Shown here piece by piece: positions 10,688 to 20,154 of a stretch of DNA of 64,000 nucleotides. Source of the stretch: Clostridia bacterium (GTDB lineage Bacteria; Bacillota; Clostridia; JAAYHZ01); the NCBI GenBank assembly GCA_050950825.1, contig JBMNIH010000001.1, positions 32,001 to 96,000 of the forward strand, in the 5' to 3' direction. The notes below the pieces were generated by a model. It was not told the DNA's origin, did no database searches, and saw nothing but the letters and a program-made list of their open reading frames with translations. Within the stretch, counting starts at the first letter, position 1, and each line of letters starts with the position of its first letter. Position numbers and translations under genes: made by a program.

Positions 10688-11617
10688 TTATGCTTTTCCT
10701 GCACAGCCTAAAACGTTAACCAACTTGTGTTTTACAAGATCTTTAATCATGGATCTTGCCGGTCCTAAGTATTTTCTAGGATCGAATTCCGAAGGATTCA
10801 AAGCGAATTGCTCACGGATACCGGCGGTCATGGCAAGTCTTAAGTCGGAGTCAATATTGATCTTGCAAACGGCCATGGATGCGGCTTTTCTTAACATATC
10901 TTCGGGAACGCCTTTCGCTCCGGGCATGTTGCCGCCGTATTTGTTAATCTTTTCAACTAAATCCGGCATAACGGAAGAAGCACCGTGTAAAACAATCGGG
11001 AATCCCGGCAGTCTCTTGCTGATTTCTTCGAGAATGTCAAAACGCAAACGAGCTTCACCCTTAAATTTGTATGCACCGTGGCTTGTTCCGATGGCGATTG
11101 CCAAAGAATCGACTCCGGTTTCTTTAACGAATTCTTCCACTTCGTCCGGATCGGTATACAAAGCGTCTTCTGCACTGACGCTGATGTTGTCTTCAACACC
11201 GGCTAATCTTCCCAATTCACCTTCCACCACAACACCCTTCGAATGCGCATAATCAACGACTTCTTTCGTTATTCGGATATTTTCTTTGAAGGGATATTTG
11301 GATCCGTCAATCATAACCGATGTAAATCCGCCGTCAATACAAGACTTGCAGATTTCGAAATCTTCGCCGTGGTCCAAATGGAGACATATGGGAAGACCGG
11401 TATCCAAGATGGCGGCCTCAACAAGCTTTGTTAAATAAACGGGTTTCGCATACTTTCTTGCACCTGCCGAAACTTGTAAAATAAGAGGTGCATTGACTTC
11501 TTTTGCAGCTTCGGTGATACCTTGTATGATTTCCATATTGTTTACATTGAACGCTCCGATGGCATAGCCGCCTTCATAAGCTTTTTTGAACATTTCTGTG
11601 GATGTAACTAATGGCAT
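10688..11617 (-). CDS. fba: Fructose-1,6-bisphosphate aldolase class II
   Basis: LHLDHG, SVMIDGS, GTSHGAYK, LHGAS, KINIDSDLR. Confidence 0.97.
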   Translation of the reverse strand: MPLVTSTEMFKKAYEGGYAIGAFNVNNMEIIQGITEAAKEVNAPLILQVSAGARKYAKPVYLTKLVEAAILDTGLPICLHLDHGEDFEICKSCIDGGFTSVMIDGSKYPFKENIRITKEVVDYAHSKGVVVEGELGRLAGVEDNISVSAEDALYTDPDEVEEFVKETGVDSLAIAIGTSHGAYKFKGEARLRFDILEEISKRLPGFPIVLHGASSVMPDLVEKINKYGGNMPGAKGVPEDMLRKAASMAVCKINIDSDLRLAMTAGIREQFALNPSEFDPRKYLGPARSMIKDLVKHKLVNVLGCAGKA

Positions 11618-11787
11618 AACACTATCTCCTTTAACATAATGTATTTAAACCTTATCGGTCTATTTCTTATCAAATTCTCGAGCAATTATACCGTGTTTCG
11701 GAACTTGCGGTATCCTTGTACAATTCTCATATTATATTATCAAATACAGACATAAAATCAAGTAAAAAATCGCATTCTACGAAGGGG

Positions 11788-11805
11788 ATGTGAAATATTT
11801 AACAT
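11788..11805. promoter_or_regulatory. Rex-like operator between fba and pfk
   Basis: ATGTGAAATATTTAACAT, near-palindrome matching TTGTGAA-N4-TTCACAA; just upstream of a TTGATT-17-TATATT promoter (11822-11850). Confidence 0.6.
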
Positions 11806-11894
11806 CATTTGATTGAAATCTTTGATTTTTACGGCACATTATGTTATATTTTTATTTGAAATTCTATTAGAAAATTTTTTATTAGGAGGCAACG

Positions 11895-13142
11895 ATGAGC
11901 AAATTAATTGGTAATGCGGTCTTCGGTCAATCCGGCGGACCTACATCAGTAATAAATGCAAGTGCCGCAGGCGTCTTTCAGGAAGCGTTAAAGCAAGAAA
12001 ACATTGTAAAGGTTTATGGCGCTGCTCACGGAATTCGAGGCATTTTGGACGAAGTATTATACGATATCGGCCAAGAAGATTCAAAAGAATTGGATTTGTT
12101 AAAAACAACCCCCTCTTCCGCATTGGGTTCGGTTCGTTACAAACTGGCGAATCCCGATAAAGACGATACCGATTACAAACGTATTCTGGAAGTCTTCAAG
12201 AAGTATAATATCCGCTATTTCTTCTATAACGGCGGAAACGATTCTATGGATACTTGCAACAAAATCAGCAAGTTCATGCAAAAAGCCGGATACGAATGCC
12301 GAGTTATGGGCGTTCCGAAAACCATCGACAACGATCTGTGGGCTACGGACCACTGCCCCGGTTTCGGATCGGCTGCAAAGTTTATAGCAACCACCACCAT
12401 GGAAATATTCCTCGACGCTCGCGTATATGATACTCCGATGATCACCGTTTTGGAAGTCATGGGAAGAAACGCCGGTTGGTTAACGGCTGCAACGGCTTTA
12501 GCTGCAAGCAAGGGTTACGGCCCGGATTTGATTTATCTTCCCGAGGTACCGTTCTCCATGGAAAAATTCTTGTCCGACGTAGAAAAAGTATATAAGAAGA
12601 ACGGTAAAGTTATCGTAGCCGTTTCCGAAGGATGTAAAGACGAACAAGGAAGATACATTCCCGAAATGGTGAAAGATAACTTGGCAAAAGACGCATTCGG
12701 ACATGCCCAATTAGGCGGAGCCGCATCGGTTTTAGCGGAAGCTGTAAAAGAAAAGTTCGGAACAAAGGTAAGAGGAATCGAATTCAGCTTAATGCAACGC
12801 TGTGCCGCTCATATCGCTTCGCTGACGGACATTAACGAAGCCTATATGGCAGGTCAAGAAGCCGTTCGTGCCGCTTGTGCCGGTATAACGGACAAAATGA
12901 TAGCATTCGAAAGAGTTTCTTCAAATCCGTACAAGTGCGTAACCAAACTTGTGAACTTATCCGATGTGGCCAATACGGAAAAGAAGCTGCCGGCGGAATG
13001 GATCATTAATGACGGTACTTTTGTATCCGATGATTTTGTTCAGTACGCTCTGCCCCTTATCCAAGGCAGTCCGGAATACACATTAGAAGACAGCCTGCCC
13101 CGATTCGCTCAATTGAAAAAAGTTTTGGCGAAACCGGAATAA
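11895..13142 (+). CDS. pfp: 6-phosphofructokinase, PPi-dependent type
   Basis: QSGGP, GGNDS (Asp at the donor-specificity site), PKTIDND (Lys), MGRNAGW. Confidence 0.88.
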   Translation: MSKLIGNAVFGQSGGPTSVINASAAGVFQEALKQENIVKVYGAAHGIRGILDEVLYDIGQEDSKELDLLKTTPSSALGSVRYKLANPDKDDTDYKRILEVFKKYNIRYFFYNGGNDSMDTCNKISKFMQKAGYECRVMGVPKTIDNDLWATDHCPGFGSAAKFIATTTMEIFLDARVYDTPMITVLEVMGRNAGWLTAATALAASKGYGPDLIYLPEVPFSMEKFLSDVEKVYKKNGKVIVAVSEGCKDEQGRYIPEMVKDNLAKDAFGHAQLGGAASVLAEAVKEKFGTKVRGIEFSLMQRCAAHIASLTDINEAYMAGQEAVRAACAGITDKMIAFERVSSNPYKCVTKLVNLSDVANTEKKLPAEWIINDGTFVSDDFVQYALPLIQGSPEYTLEDSLPRFAQLKKVLAKPE

Positions 13143-13169
13143 TAGGAAAGACATGGTTATATAGAGGCA

Positions 13170-14159
13170 CTAATAAAGAAGGTGCCTCTTTTGTTTTCCT
13201 CTTTGCTTTCCCTTCCCTACAATTTTATTTATAAAACGGTAATAGGGTTTTGTAAGCGGTATAAATACGATAGCGCTTAGCAAATTGACCACGATATGGC
13301 AAACAGCCGGAAAAAAGTCGCTAGGGATTCGAAACAAACGGATCGTACCTTCCAAAAAATCATGAAAAGGATTTAGAAAAACCAATCCCGCCAAACATCC
13401 TACCAAGTTATACATGGTATTGGCCCATGCCATCTTCACGGCTTCTTTTTCGGTGTTGAATGATGCAATTTGGGCCGTAATGCATGTGCCTAAATTACTG
13501 CCGAGAATGATGGCGATTACCGCTCCCTTCCCGACGATGCCTTCTTTGAACAGAAGAATGGTAACGGCTGTTACCGCTGCACTGCTGTGCGTTACGGCCG
13601 TTATAAATACGGATAAAATTAACGGAACATATATCCGATCCGCATAACGGGTCCACAAAGAAGAACGCATCATTTGTTCCCGAAATAAAGGCATACTGAG
13701 GTTTAAAACGCCGATTCCGACATAAATGAGCCCTACGGATAAAAGTATGTCTCCCGTGTATTTTAACTTTCCTTTTCGCAAAAAAGCTTTTAAAAGCAAT
13801 CCCAAAGCCAAGATGAAATATTGAGAATACCGCGGGCTATAGCTCATAAGAACGGCACTCAAAGTAGTGCCTAAATTCGCTCCGTAAATGATACCTAAGG
13901 AATTGTAAAAGCTCATCATTCTCGCATGAATCAGGCTGATCGTACAAAGCATCACCGGAGTGCTGCCTTGTAGCAAAACGGAAAGCGTAAAACCGGATAA
14001 AAACGAAGAAAAGGTGTTTTTTGTGTATGACAACAATACCGGCTTGATATGCTTTTCACCGATGTTTAAAAGGGTTTTACTTAAAAATTGAATACCGGCG
14101 TTTAGTATAAAAACACCGATTGCGAAATACAGGGCGATAAATAAAGCAATCTTGATCAT
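13170..14159 (-). CDS. Na+/Pi cotransporter-like membrane protein without PhoU domains
   Basis: QGST/GANLGTT and HSSAA/GSNLGT repeats. Confidence 0.8.
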   Translation of the reverse strand: MIKIALFIALYFAIGVFILNAGIQFLSKTLLNIGEKHIKPVLLSYTKNTFSSFLSGFTLSVLLQGSTPVMLCTISLIHARMMSFYNSLGIIYGANLGTTLSAVLMSYSPRYSQYFILALGLLLKAFLRKGKLKYTGDILLSVGLIYVGIGVLNLSMPLFREQMMRSSLWTRYADRIYVPLILSVFITAVTHSSAAVTAVTILLFKEGIVGKGAVIAIILGSNLGTCITAQIASFNTEKEAVKMAWANTMYNLVGCLAGLVFLNPFHDFLEGTIRLFRIPSDFFPAVCHIVVNLLSAIVFIPLTKPYYRFINKIVGKGKQRGKQKRHLLY

Positions 14160-14208
14160 GATTCATAACTATGACAAGATTGTCCTTCGTATTCTTTGAA
14201 TCCAAAAA

Positions 14209-14706
14209 TTATTCTTTGATGATGTTCAGCTTCTCCAATAATTTCAAGAGAGGATATCCTAATCCGTAGCAAGATACCGCTTGCCCTCCGGCAACCGTCA
14301 GCATGGTGATTCCTAAAGGCAGTGTGGATTCCGTATAAATGGTGCTGACAACCCATCCCACGACGATGCCGTTTACAATCACGGCAGGAAGAGGAACCAG
14401 TACTTTCTTCGATTTGCGAATAAGGTACGTGATGTATGCAGAGATCAAAGTGGCCAAGCTACCGAAAATAATATCCATCCATCCTAATCCTCCGGCGATA
14501 TTCGAAACGAGACAACCGATAAACAAACCGGGAATTGCTGCCGATGTAAAGTACGGTAAAACGGTCAGCGCTTCGGCTACGCGCACCTGAATCGGCCCGT
14601 AGCTGATCGGCATCAAAAGGATGGTCAATGCTGCATATATAGAAGCGATAATGGCGGCTTTTATAATAAATTTCAACTCTATTTTCATTACTTCACCTGT
14701 TTTCAT
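14209..14706 (-). CDS. queT: QueT family transporter (queuosine precursor ECF S-component)
   Basis: PISYGPIQVRVAEAL, PGLFIGC, DIIFGSLAT. Confidence 0.85.
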   Translation of the reverse strand: MKTGEVMKIELKFIIKAAIIASIYAALTILLMPISYGPIQVRVAEALTVLPYFTSAAIPGLFIGCLVSNIAGGLGWMDIIFGSLATLISAYITYLIRKSKKVLVPLPAVIVNGIVVGWVVSTIYTESTLPLGITMLTVAGGQAVSCYGLGYPLLKLLEKLNIIKE

Positions 14707-14737
14707 TTTTTGATTTTAGAACATATCCATTCTATCT

Positions 14738-15655
14738 TTATATATTTAATAACACAAGCGAGACAATAGAACAGCATATGCCGATAAAAGACAACTTATT
14801 CAATTTCTCTCCAAAAAACAGTCTTCCCACTAAAACAAAAGTCAATATATTGATGGAGTTTAAAGTCGGAAATAAAATTGTGGACGGCATTACGGTCAAA
14901 AAGTACATAAAAAACAAATTTACGGCATTCTGCGTAACGGCGGCAACTAAAACGAATACATAGTAGCGAACGGTATGCTTCTCGGTCAAATCCTTGGCTT
15001 CATTCTTCTTCCGGTCCTCTGTTTTCTCTTTGCTCTTCCTCGGCTTTATAAACATCAGCAAGACCAAGGATATAAGGGAGGAAGATACGGTATATACCAC
15101 CAAGTACTGCTTGTCCATTCCCGTGAAGGTATGAGAAAAGGCTTGGGTAAAGACTACTGCAATCCCCATAAATACCGTAGCGGAAACAATGAACAGAATC
15201 CAGCGAAGGGATTTTTTACGCTTATCGCCGTTTTTTACGCTTAAGTAAAACAAATATATCGTTATCGCGGCAAATACCACGCCAACGGCTTTTATAAAGT
15301 CCAAGGTATCCTTCCATAAGATAATGCCGGTAATCATGGGTAATATGCTATGGAAGGTATATATAACGTTTGTAAGCCCCGTAGGTCCTTCTGCCAAAGC
15401 AAAAAACAGCAGAGAATATGAGATAATATAGCAGATCCCGAAGCATACGGGATAGATTAAAAAATCCATTGTCATGGGTATATTTTTATACGGAGGAATG
15501 GCAAATAGAAATATCGCTTGAAGCAAAGCATACATAAAAATGAAATAAACGGCATTATAAAAACCGTTTTTTCTGCTGCTTTGGGCTTTCTTTACGTAAA
15601 CCGAATTAAGTCCCCTGCTCAATGCAAATACAAAAAACCATAGGGCGAGCATCAT
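14738..15655 (-). CDS. EamA/DMT family transporter
   Basis: About 10 TM helices in two repeats, ending FFGEKL. Confidence 0.75.
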   Translation of the reverse strand: MMLALWFFVFALSRGLNSVYVKKAQSSRKNGFYNAVYFIFMYALLQAIFLFAIPPYKNIPMTMDFLIYPVCFGICYIISYSLLFFALAEGPTGLTNVIYTFHSILPMITGIILWKDTLDFIKAVGVVFAAITIYLFYLSVKNGDKRKKSLRWILFIVSATVFMGIAVVFTQAFSHTFTGMDKQYLVVYTVSSSLISLVLLMFIKPRKSKEKTEDRKKNEAKDLTEKHTVRYYVFVLVAAVTQNAVNLFFMYFLTVMPSTILFPTLNSINILTFVLVGRLFFGEKLNKLSFIGICCSIVSLVLLNI

Positions 15656-15762
15656 AAAATCTCCTCTATACCATAAAGCATTCTAAATACGTATTGTATA
15701 CCGGCATCATACCGAAAGTCCATGCTTTTAAAAGATAAAGTTCGACCAAAAAACGTATTAAT

Positions 15763-15787
15763 AAAAAAGGATGCATAATGCATCCTG
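15763..15787 (-). terminator. Intrinsic terminator
   Basis: AGGATGCAT-a-ATGCATCCT stem with a T tract on the minus strand. Confidence 0.7.
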
Positions 15788-15820
15788 TTAAAATACCTTA
15801 TAACCTTTTACTTATCTTTT

Positions 15821-18800
15821 TTATTTTTTCGAACCGATAACGGTTATCATAAAGTGGACCGTGCGTGCAAATTCACCGTCGAAGGCTGAAATCGATACTT
15901 TATGCTGTCCCAATTGATACGGCTGGGGCGTCCATGAGAATTCTCCCGTACTCGGATCAAAGGAGGCTCCTTTCGGCAGCTCCACCGCTTTATATTCAAG
16001 CTCTTTATTCTTCGTGCTTTTTGCGGATACGGTCAATCGAATCTCCGATTTTGAGTTCACGATTTGATTCTTAATCGGTTCAAACACGGGATAGCTATCC
16101 GTAATATTCGGAAGAGGAATCCTAAAGCGCTGTCCGGCCTCAATGTTATATATATACCCTTTATCAAAATCCTTCGGATCTTTATATGAACGTACCGGTG
16201 ACACTTGGCCGATATGAAGGATAATATCGCCCTTCGGGCTTTCTTCCGCACGCTCAATTCTATATGCACCGTTTTGTACACCGTCGTTTTCTACGTAGAT
16301 ATATCGGTTTTCTAGGACGGCAGGATCGATTTTTTGCTCCGGTGTTACGGTAATGGTATTTTCAAGGGCAAGCTCTCGGGTAAAATCCTTGACCGTGCCC
16401 GTGCATGCACCGATCAATCCTTTATTATCGTCAATTACGTCGCCGTCGTTTACGTACATGTAAACCGGTTGGCCGTCCAGTACGGAATATACGCCCACAA
16501 ATCCGCGGAAATCAAACAAATCGTCTACGCGATACAATACCTTGTTGTTCGTTGCATAAACTACATAATCGACTCGTCCGTTCTTAAGAGGAATACGGAC
16601 CGCTTTTACCGCGTCATCCGCGGAAGGGGTTCCGCTTATAACCTTTACGGGAACGCTCGTCATTCCGGTATCGATATACCGTGTTTTTTTATAAGGTTCA
16701 AATACCGTCGTAAACAGCGTGTTTAGATTTTCTCCGGTCCTTCTTGCAAGCACGTATTCCAAATACGGAATATATTTCGTATTAACTTGAGGCGGCTTTC
16801 CTTGTGCAATGGCCACTTCGTCAAGGGTAAAATCGTTTAACATCGTCATTCGAAGATGCAAATCTTCTTGTACTCCCAAAACCCTACGGAAATCTTTCAC
16901 TTTAAAGTCCACGGAAAATTCGGCTTCCGGCACAGAGTCGCGACGAACATGATCAAGCCACGTGAACCCCGGAGGGTATTTTAACATATCCACCGACCAC
17001 AACGTGTCAATCGTATTTGGGTCCTTACCCCAAGGTACGTCAGGGCTTGCATAGGTTCCGATATAATTTCCTTTCTCATCCGTTTGAGGAACCAAGTTCA
17101 AACCTTCCGTTTCGAAGATTTCATCGGATTGGGAATGGAAGCTGTAAATATGATCGTTTCCGCCTACAATTCGGAAGAAATCCACTCCGTAAAACACCTC
17201 GTTTTCGTCATCCGCTTCCACCATGACGACGGTCCTTCGGTATTCTTTTGTCTGCGGATACGCCTTATTCGCATCCACATCGATAATCTTTACCCGTCCG
17301 GAATCGTCAAAATGATGAGGTGTCCCTGCGGTCTCCAGCCCGACTTGGGGCTTTCCGTCCACCATAACGGTATTATGAGACAAAGGCTTTGACACCCATT
17401 GTATTCGGTTAGGTTGTGTTCCCGTGTCCTCCGGATAACCTAAATCCGGAGCCATATTGAGTCCAAAGGCATCGATTCCTAAATTCAAAGCATCGTTATG
17501 CCCGTGTCCGGTTCCGATTCCGAAATAGACGGAAAAATCGCTGTGTGAATTGGTTCCTTGGTTGTTTCCGATAGAACGGTAGTTTGCGCCGTCCCGTACG
17601 GCGGCAAATCCGTAACCCGTCATCATATCGCTATCCAAATGGAAAGGACCGTATTGGTGAACAACCTCAAGAATTTGATCTCGTATTTTTTCAGGATCCT
17701 TTTCCGTAATTTCGCCGTTAAGACCGTTTACGGTATTGCCGTTTAGCATAAATACATATTGCGCAAGTCTCGGGTCTCCTAACCGTTTAAACCCGATTAA
17801 GGCCGTCTCTTTGGACAAGTTAAATCCGGTGGATGCGGTACCTCCGGAATCACCGATTTGCATGGTATAATAATCGGCCATAATGATAGGAAGCTGTGCC
17901 GTGAACATTTGGACAAACTTCGGGTTTTTATACAAATCCACTCCGGGATACGTTTGGTAGCCATATAACAGCTCCGCCACGCCTAAAAGCTCGTTCAACC
18001 ACAAGGAATTGTAACTCGGAGATGCTTCGTTCCCCATACCGTTACGGTCCACAACATCCACAAGCTTTTGAAGTATGTTTACATTTCCTGCGGGACGAGG
18101 AGAGGTTTCATTTTCGTCCGGTTTCATGATCCAATCCAACCATTCTCCGGTCTCCGGCATGGTGTCCAGCGCAACGGCAGCCGTAGCAACGGAAAGCTGG
18201 GTCATACCGAAGTTTCCTGCTATCCTACCGTCTTTTGAAGCTGCGAAAATCTCCCGTAATATTCCGTCTTCAATGTTTTTGCGAATGGCTGCTGTGCAAT
18301 CCTTCGGGTTTTCAAGATTATACTTCTTTGCTTTTTCACTTAAGAACGAAATGACTTCCGGATCTTCGAACATAGGGAAAAAGGCATCGTATGCACGAGC
18401 CAAATCCTGTGCCAGAGCGTTTTCCCATACGACGTCCAGTATCTTCCCCTTGTAGCCGTCACCACGGAAAGTGCGCCACCGATGCCAATCGAAACCCGGA
18501 TAAAAATCGGCAACCCGATCCAACAAAATGGCACCTGCACGACCGTACTTCGGATCTCCGGTGTAGATATAGGCGTACATAAAAGCTCGAAGAGCGCCGT
18601 CAATCACTCCCCCGTGCCATAGACCTTCATGCAAGTAATAGGCAATATAATTGTGGCGTTCGACTACGCCGTTATCATAGACGTTGCCGGGGAAATAACC
18701 GAAGCCGTCGTCTACCCCCCAACCTTCGCCTTTTTCCGGGTAAAGAACGTTGACCAAATACCCGGGCTCACCTTTTGCAATTAATTCGTCGTTTCTTTTA

Positions 18801-19954
18801 TGAGCAAGCTCGATATTAAAAATACCGTTTTCGTCTTTACCCAGCTCGTAGAAGCTTCCGAAATCATTAGAAGGAAAACGCCGCCTGCATTCCGGGCATT
18901 TGATTTTCCAAGGATCATTAATGGGATCGACAATCCAAGAATAAAGGCCGTATTTCGCGGCGATATTCGTTTTGCAATAACGACAGTAGAAACGCTCCGG
19001 ATCCAAGGCTTCGCCGACGAAATAATATCGAGGAAGTCCTTCCGCAACAACCATCTCGTACAACGTATCAATGATTTTAACGTATCGTTCGGCTTCATCG
19101 ATATAGCCTTTGCTTGCTTCCGCCGCCCATGAATATTTTTCAATGTTTTCACGGGCATTTGCTCGTTCTTCTTCGGTCCATATGGTGAGAGCTTTTTTAT
19201 CCGATGCTTCCACGGATACCGTCACCGGATCCGGCCGGTAAGTTTCTCCTCGAAACACAACCGTCGCTTCGATAACCGCCGTACCCGTCTTATTGCCTTG
19301 AATCACGCCTCTGCTTGATAACGTGATAACATCATCGGGTTCCGCCGATACGATTTTGTACCGTACATCATAGGAAGGTATATAGGCAATACCTCCTTCG
19401 GACAAATGAGCAATCGGCTGTAACGCACCCTTCCCGCCTAAATAGACTGTTTTAGGAGCTTGCAAGCGCAGTGACAGCATCTCCGAAGGATCCTTTACAA
19501 TAATGCTCTGTGTGGCGCTTTTTTGACTATTGCCGAAGGTCACCGTTACCGTAACGGATGTGCTTCCTTCGGAAAGAGCTTTGATGATTCCGGCGGAGTT
19601 CACCTCGATAATTCGCTCATCGTACATCCCGTAGGAAATTTCGCAGTCGTTAAGATTTACCGCTTTTCCGTCGGGAAAAAAGGCTTCTACGGAAGACGCA
19701 ATCTCTTCGCCGACTGTAAGTTCGTATTGTTCCGGCTTAAACAAAACCAGATCAAGTACCCTTAACTCATAAGGGTGTATCGTCGTACCGTTAGCATCGT
19801 AGTATTCCATAATTCGTTCCCTTGCCATTAATAGATTCGAGGGTGAAGCAGCAGCGGAAGTACCTCCGAAGCATGGGTATCGGATGATCAGAATTGTCAT
19901 CAATACCCAACCTATCCTAAGCACCTTCCTAAAAAAATCCCGAGATCTGTTCAT
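15821..19954 (-). CDS. Secreted multidomain heparinase II/III-like polysaccharide lyase with Ig-like domains
   Basis: Signal-like N-terminus, two Ig-like repeats, YxxTGDxxY..A..LL helix, GHGHNDAL / PDLGY / SHNTVMVDG motifs, C-terminal LPKGASFDPSTGEFSWTP Ig domain. Confidence 0.8.
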   Translation of the reverse strand: MNRSRDFFRKVLRIGWVLMTILIIRYPCFGGTSAAASPSNLLMARERIMEYYDANGTTIHPYELRVLDLVLFKPEQYELTVGEEIASSVEAFFPDGKAVNLNDCEISYGMYDERIIEVNSAGIIKALSEGSTSVTVTVTFGNSQKSATQSIIVKDPSEMLSLRLQAPKTVYLGGKGALQPIAHLSEGGIAYIPSYDVRYKIVSAEPDDVITLSSRGVIQGNKTGTAVIEATVVFRGETYRPDPVTVSVEASDKKALTIWTEEERANARENIEKYSWAAEASKGYIDEAERYVKIIDTLYEMVVAEGLPRYYFVGEALDPERFYCRYCKTNIAAKYGLYSWIVDPINDPWKIKCPECRRRFPSNDFGSFYELGKDENGIFNIELAHKRNDELIAKGEPGYLVNVLYPEKGEGWGVDDGFGYFPGNVYDNGVVERHNYIAYYLHEGLWHGGVIDGALRAFMYAYIYTGDPKYGRAGAILLDRVADFYPGFDWHRWRTFRGDGYKGKILDVVWENALAQDLARAYDAFFPMFEDPEVISFLSEKAKKYNLENPKDCTAAIRKNIEDGILREIFAASKDGRIAGNFGMTQLSVATAAVALDTMPETGEWLDWIMKPDENETSPRPAGNVNILQKLVDVVDRNGMGNEASPSYNSLWLNELLGVAELLYGYQTYPGVDLYKNPKFVQMFTAQLPIIMADYYTMQIGDSGGTASTGFNLSKETALIGFKRLGDPRLAQYVFMLNGNTVNGLNGEITEKDPEKIRDQILEVVHQYGPFHLDSDMMTGYGFAAVRDGANYRSIGNNQGTNSHSDFSVYFGIGTGHGHNDALNLGIDAFGLNMAPDLGYPEDTGTQPNRIQWVSKPLSHNTVMVDGKPQVGLETAGTPHHFDDSGRVKIIDVDANKAYPQTKEYRRTVVMVEADDENEVFYGVDFFRIVGGNDHIYSFHSQSDEIFETEGLNLVPQTDEKGNYIGTYASPDVPWGKDPNTIDTLWSVDMLKYPPGFTWLDHVRRDSVPEAEFSVDFKVKDFRRVLGVQEDLHLRMTMLNDFTLDEVAIAQGKPPQVNTKYIPYLEYVLARRTGENLNTLFTTVFEPYKKTRYIDTGMTSVPVKVISGTPSADDAVKAVRIPLKNGRVDYVVYATNNKVLYRVDDLFDFRGFVGVYSVLDGQPVYMYVNDGDVIDDNKGLIGACTGTVKDFTRELALENTITVTPEQKIDPAVLENRYIYVENDGVQNGAYRIERAEESPKGDIILHIGQVSPVRSYKDPKDFDKGYIYNIEAGQRFRIPLPNITDSYPVFEPIKNQIVNSKSEIRLTVSAKSTKNKELEYKAVELPKGASFDPSTGEFSWTPQPYQLGQHKVSISAFDGEFARTVHFMITVIGSKK

Positions 19955-20077
19955 GCCATCACCTCATCTGATTTTTATGGATCGTATCTATTATATCTCG
20001 AAGTTCGAGGTTTTGTAAGTATCTCGTTTGGATTATTTGGAAACCTTATTGAATAACATACTATTTACGTCCAAATG

Positions 20078-20109
20078 AAATACAGAAGGAGGGATTTCCT
20101 TCTGTATTT
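20078..20109 (-). terminator. Intrinsic terminator
   Basis: AAATACAGAAGGA...TCCTTCTGTATTT inverted repeat. Confidence 0.75.
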
Positions 20110-20154
20110 ATAAAAAGCGGTTATAACGTATTATTCTGCAGATAAACAAACGGA

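Noticed and set aside
14707-15820. preQ1 riboswitch expected upstream of queT or the EamA gene
   Set aside because: No recognisable preQ1 aptamer in either intergenic region
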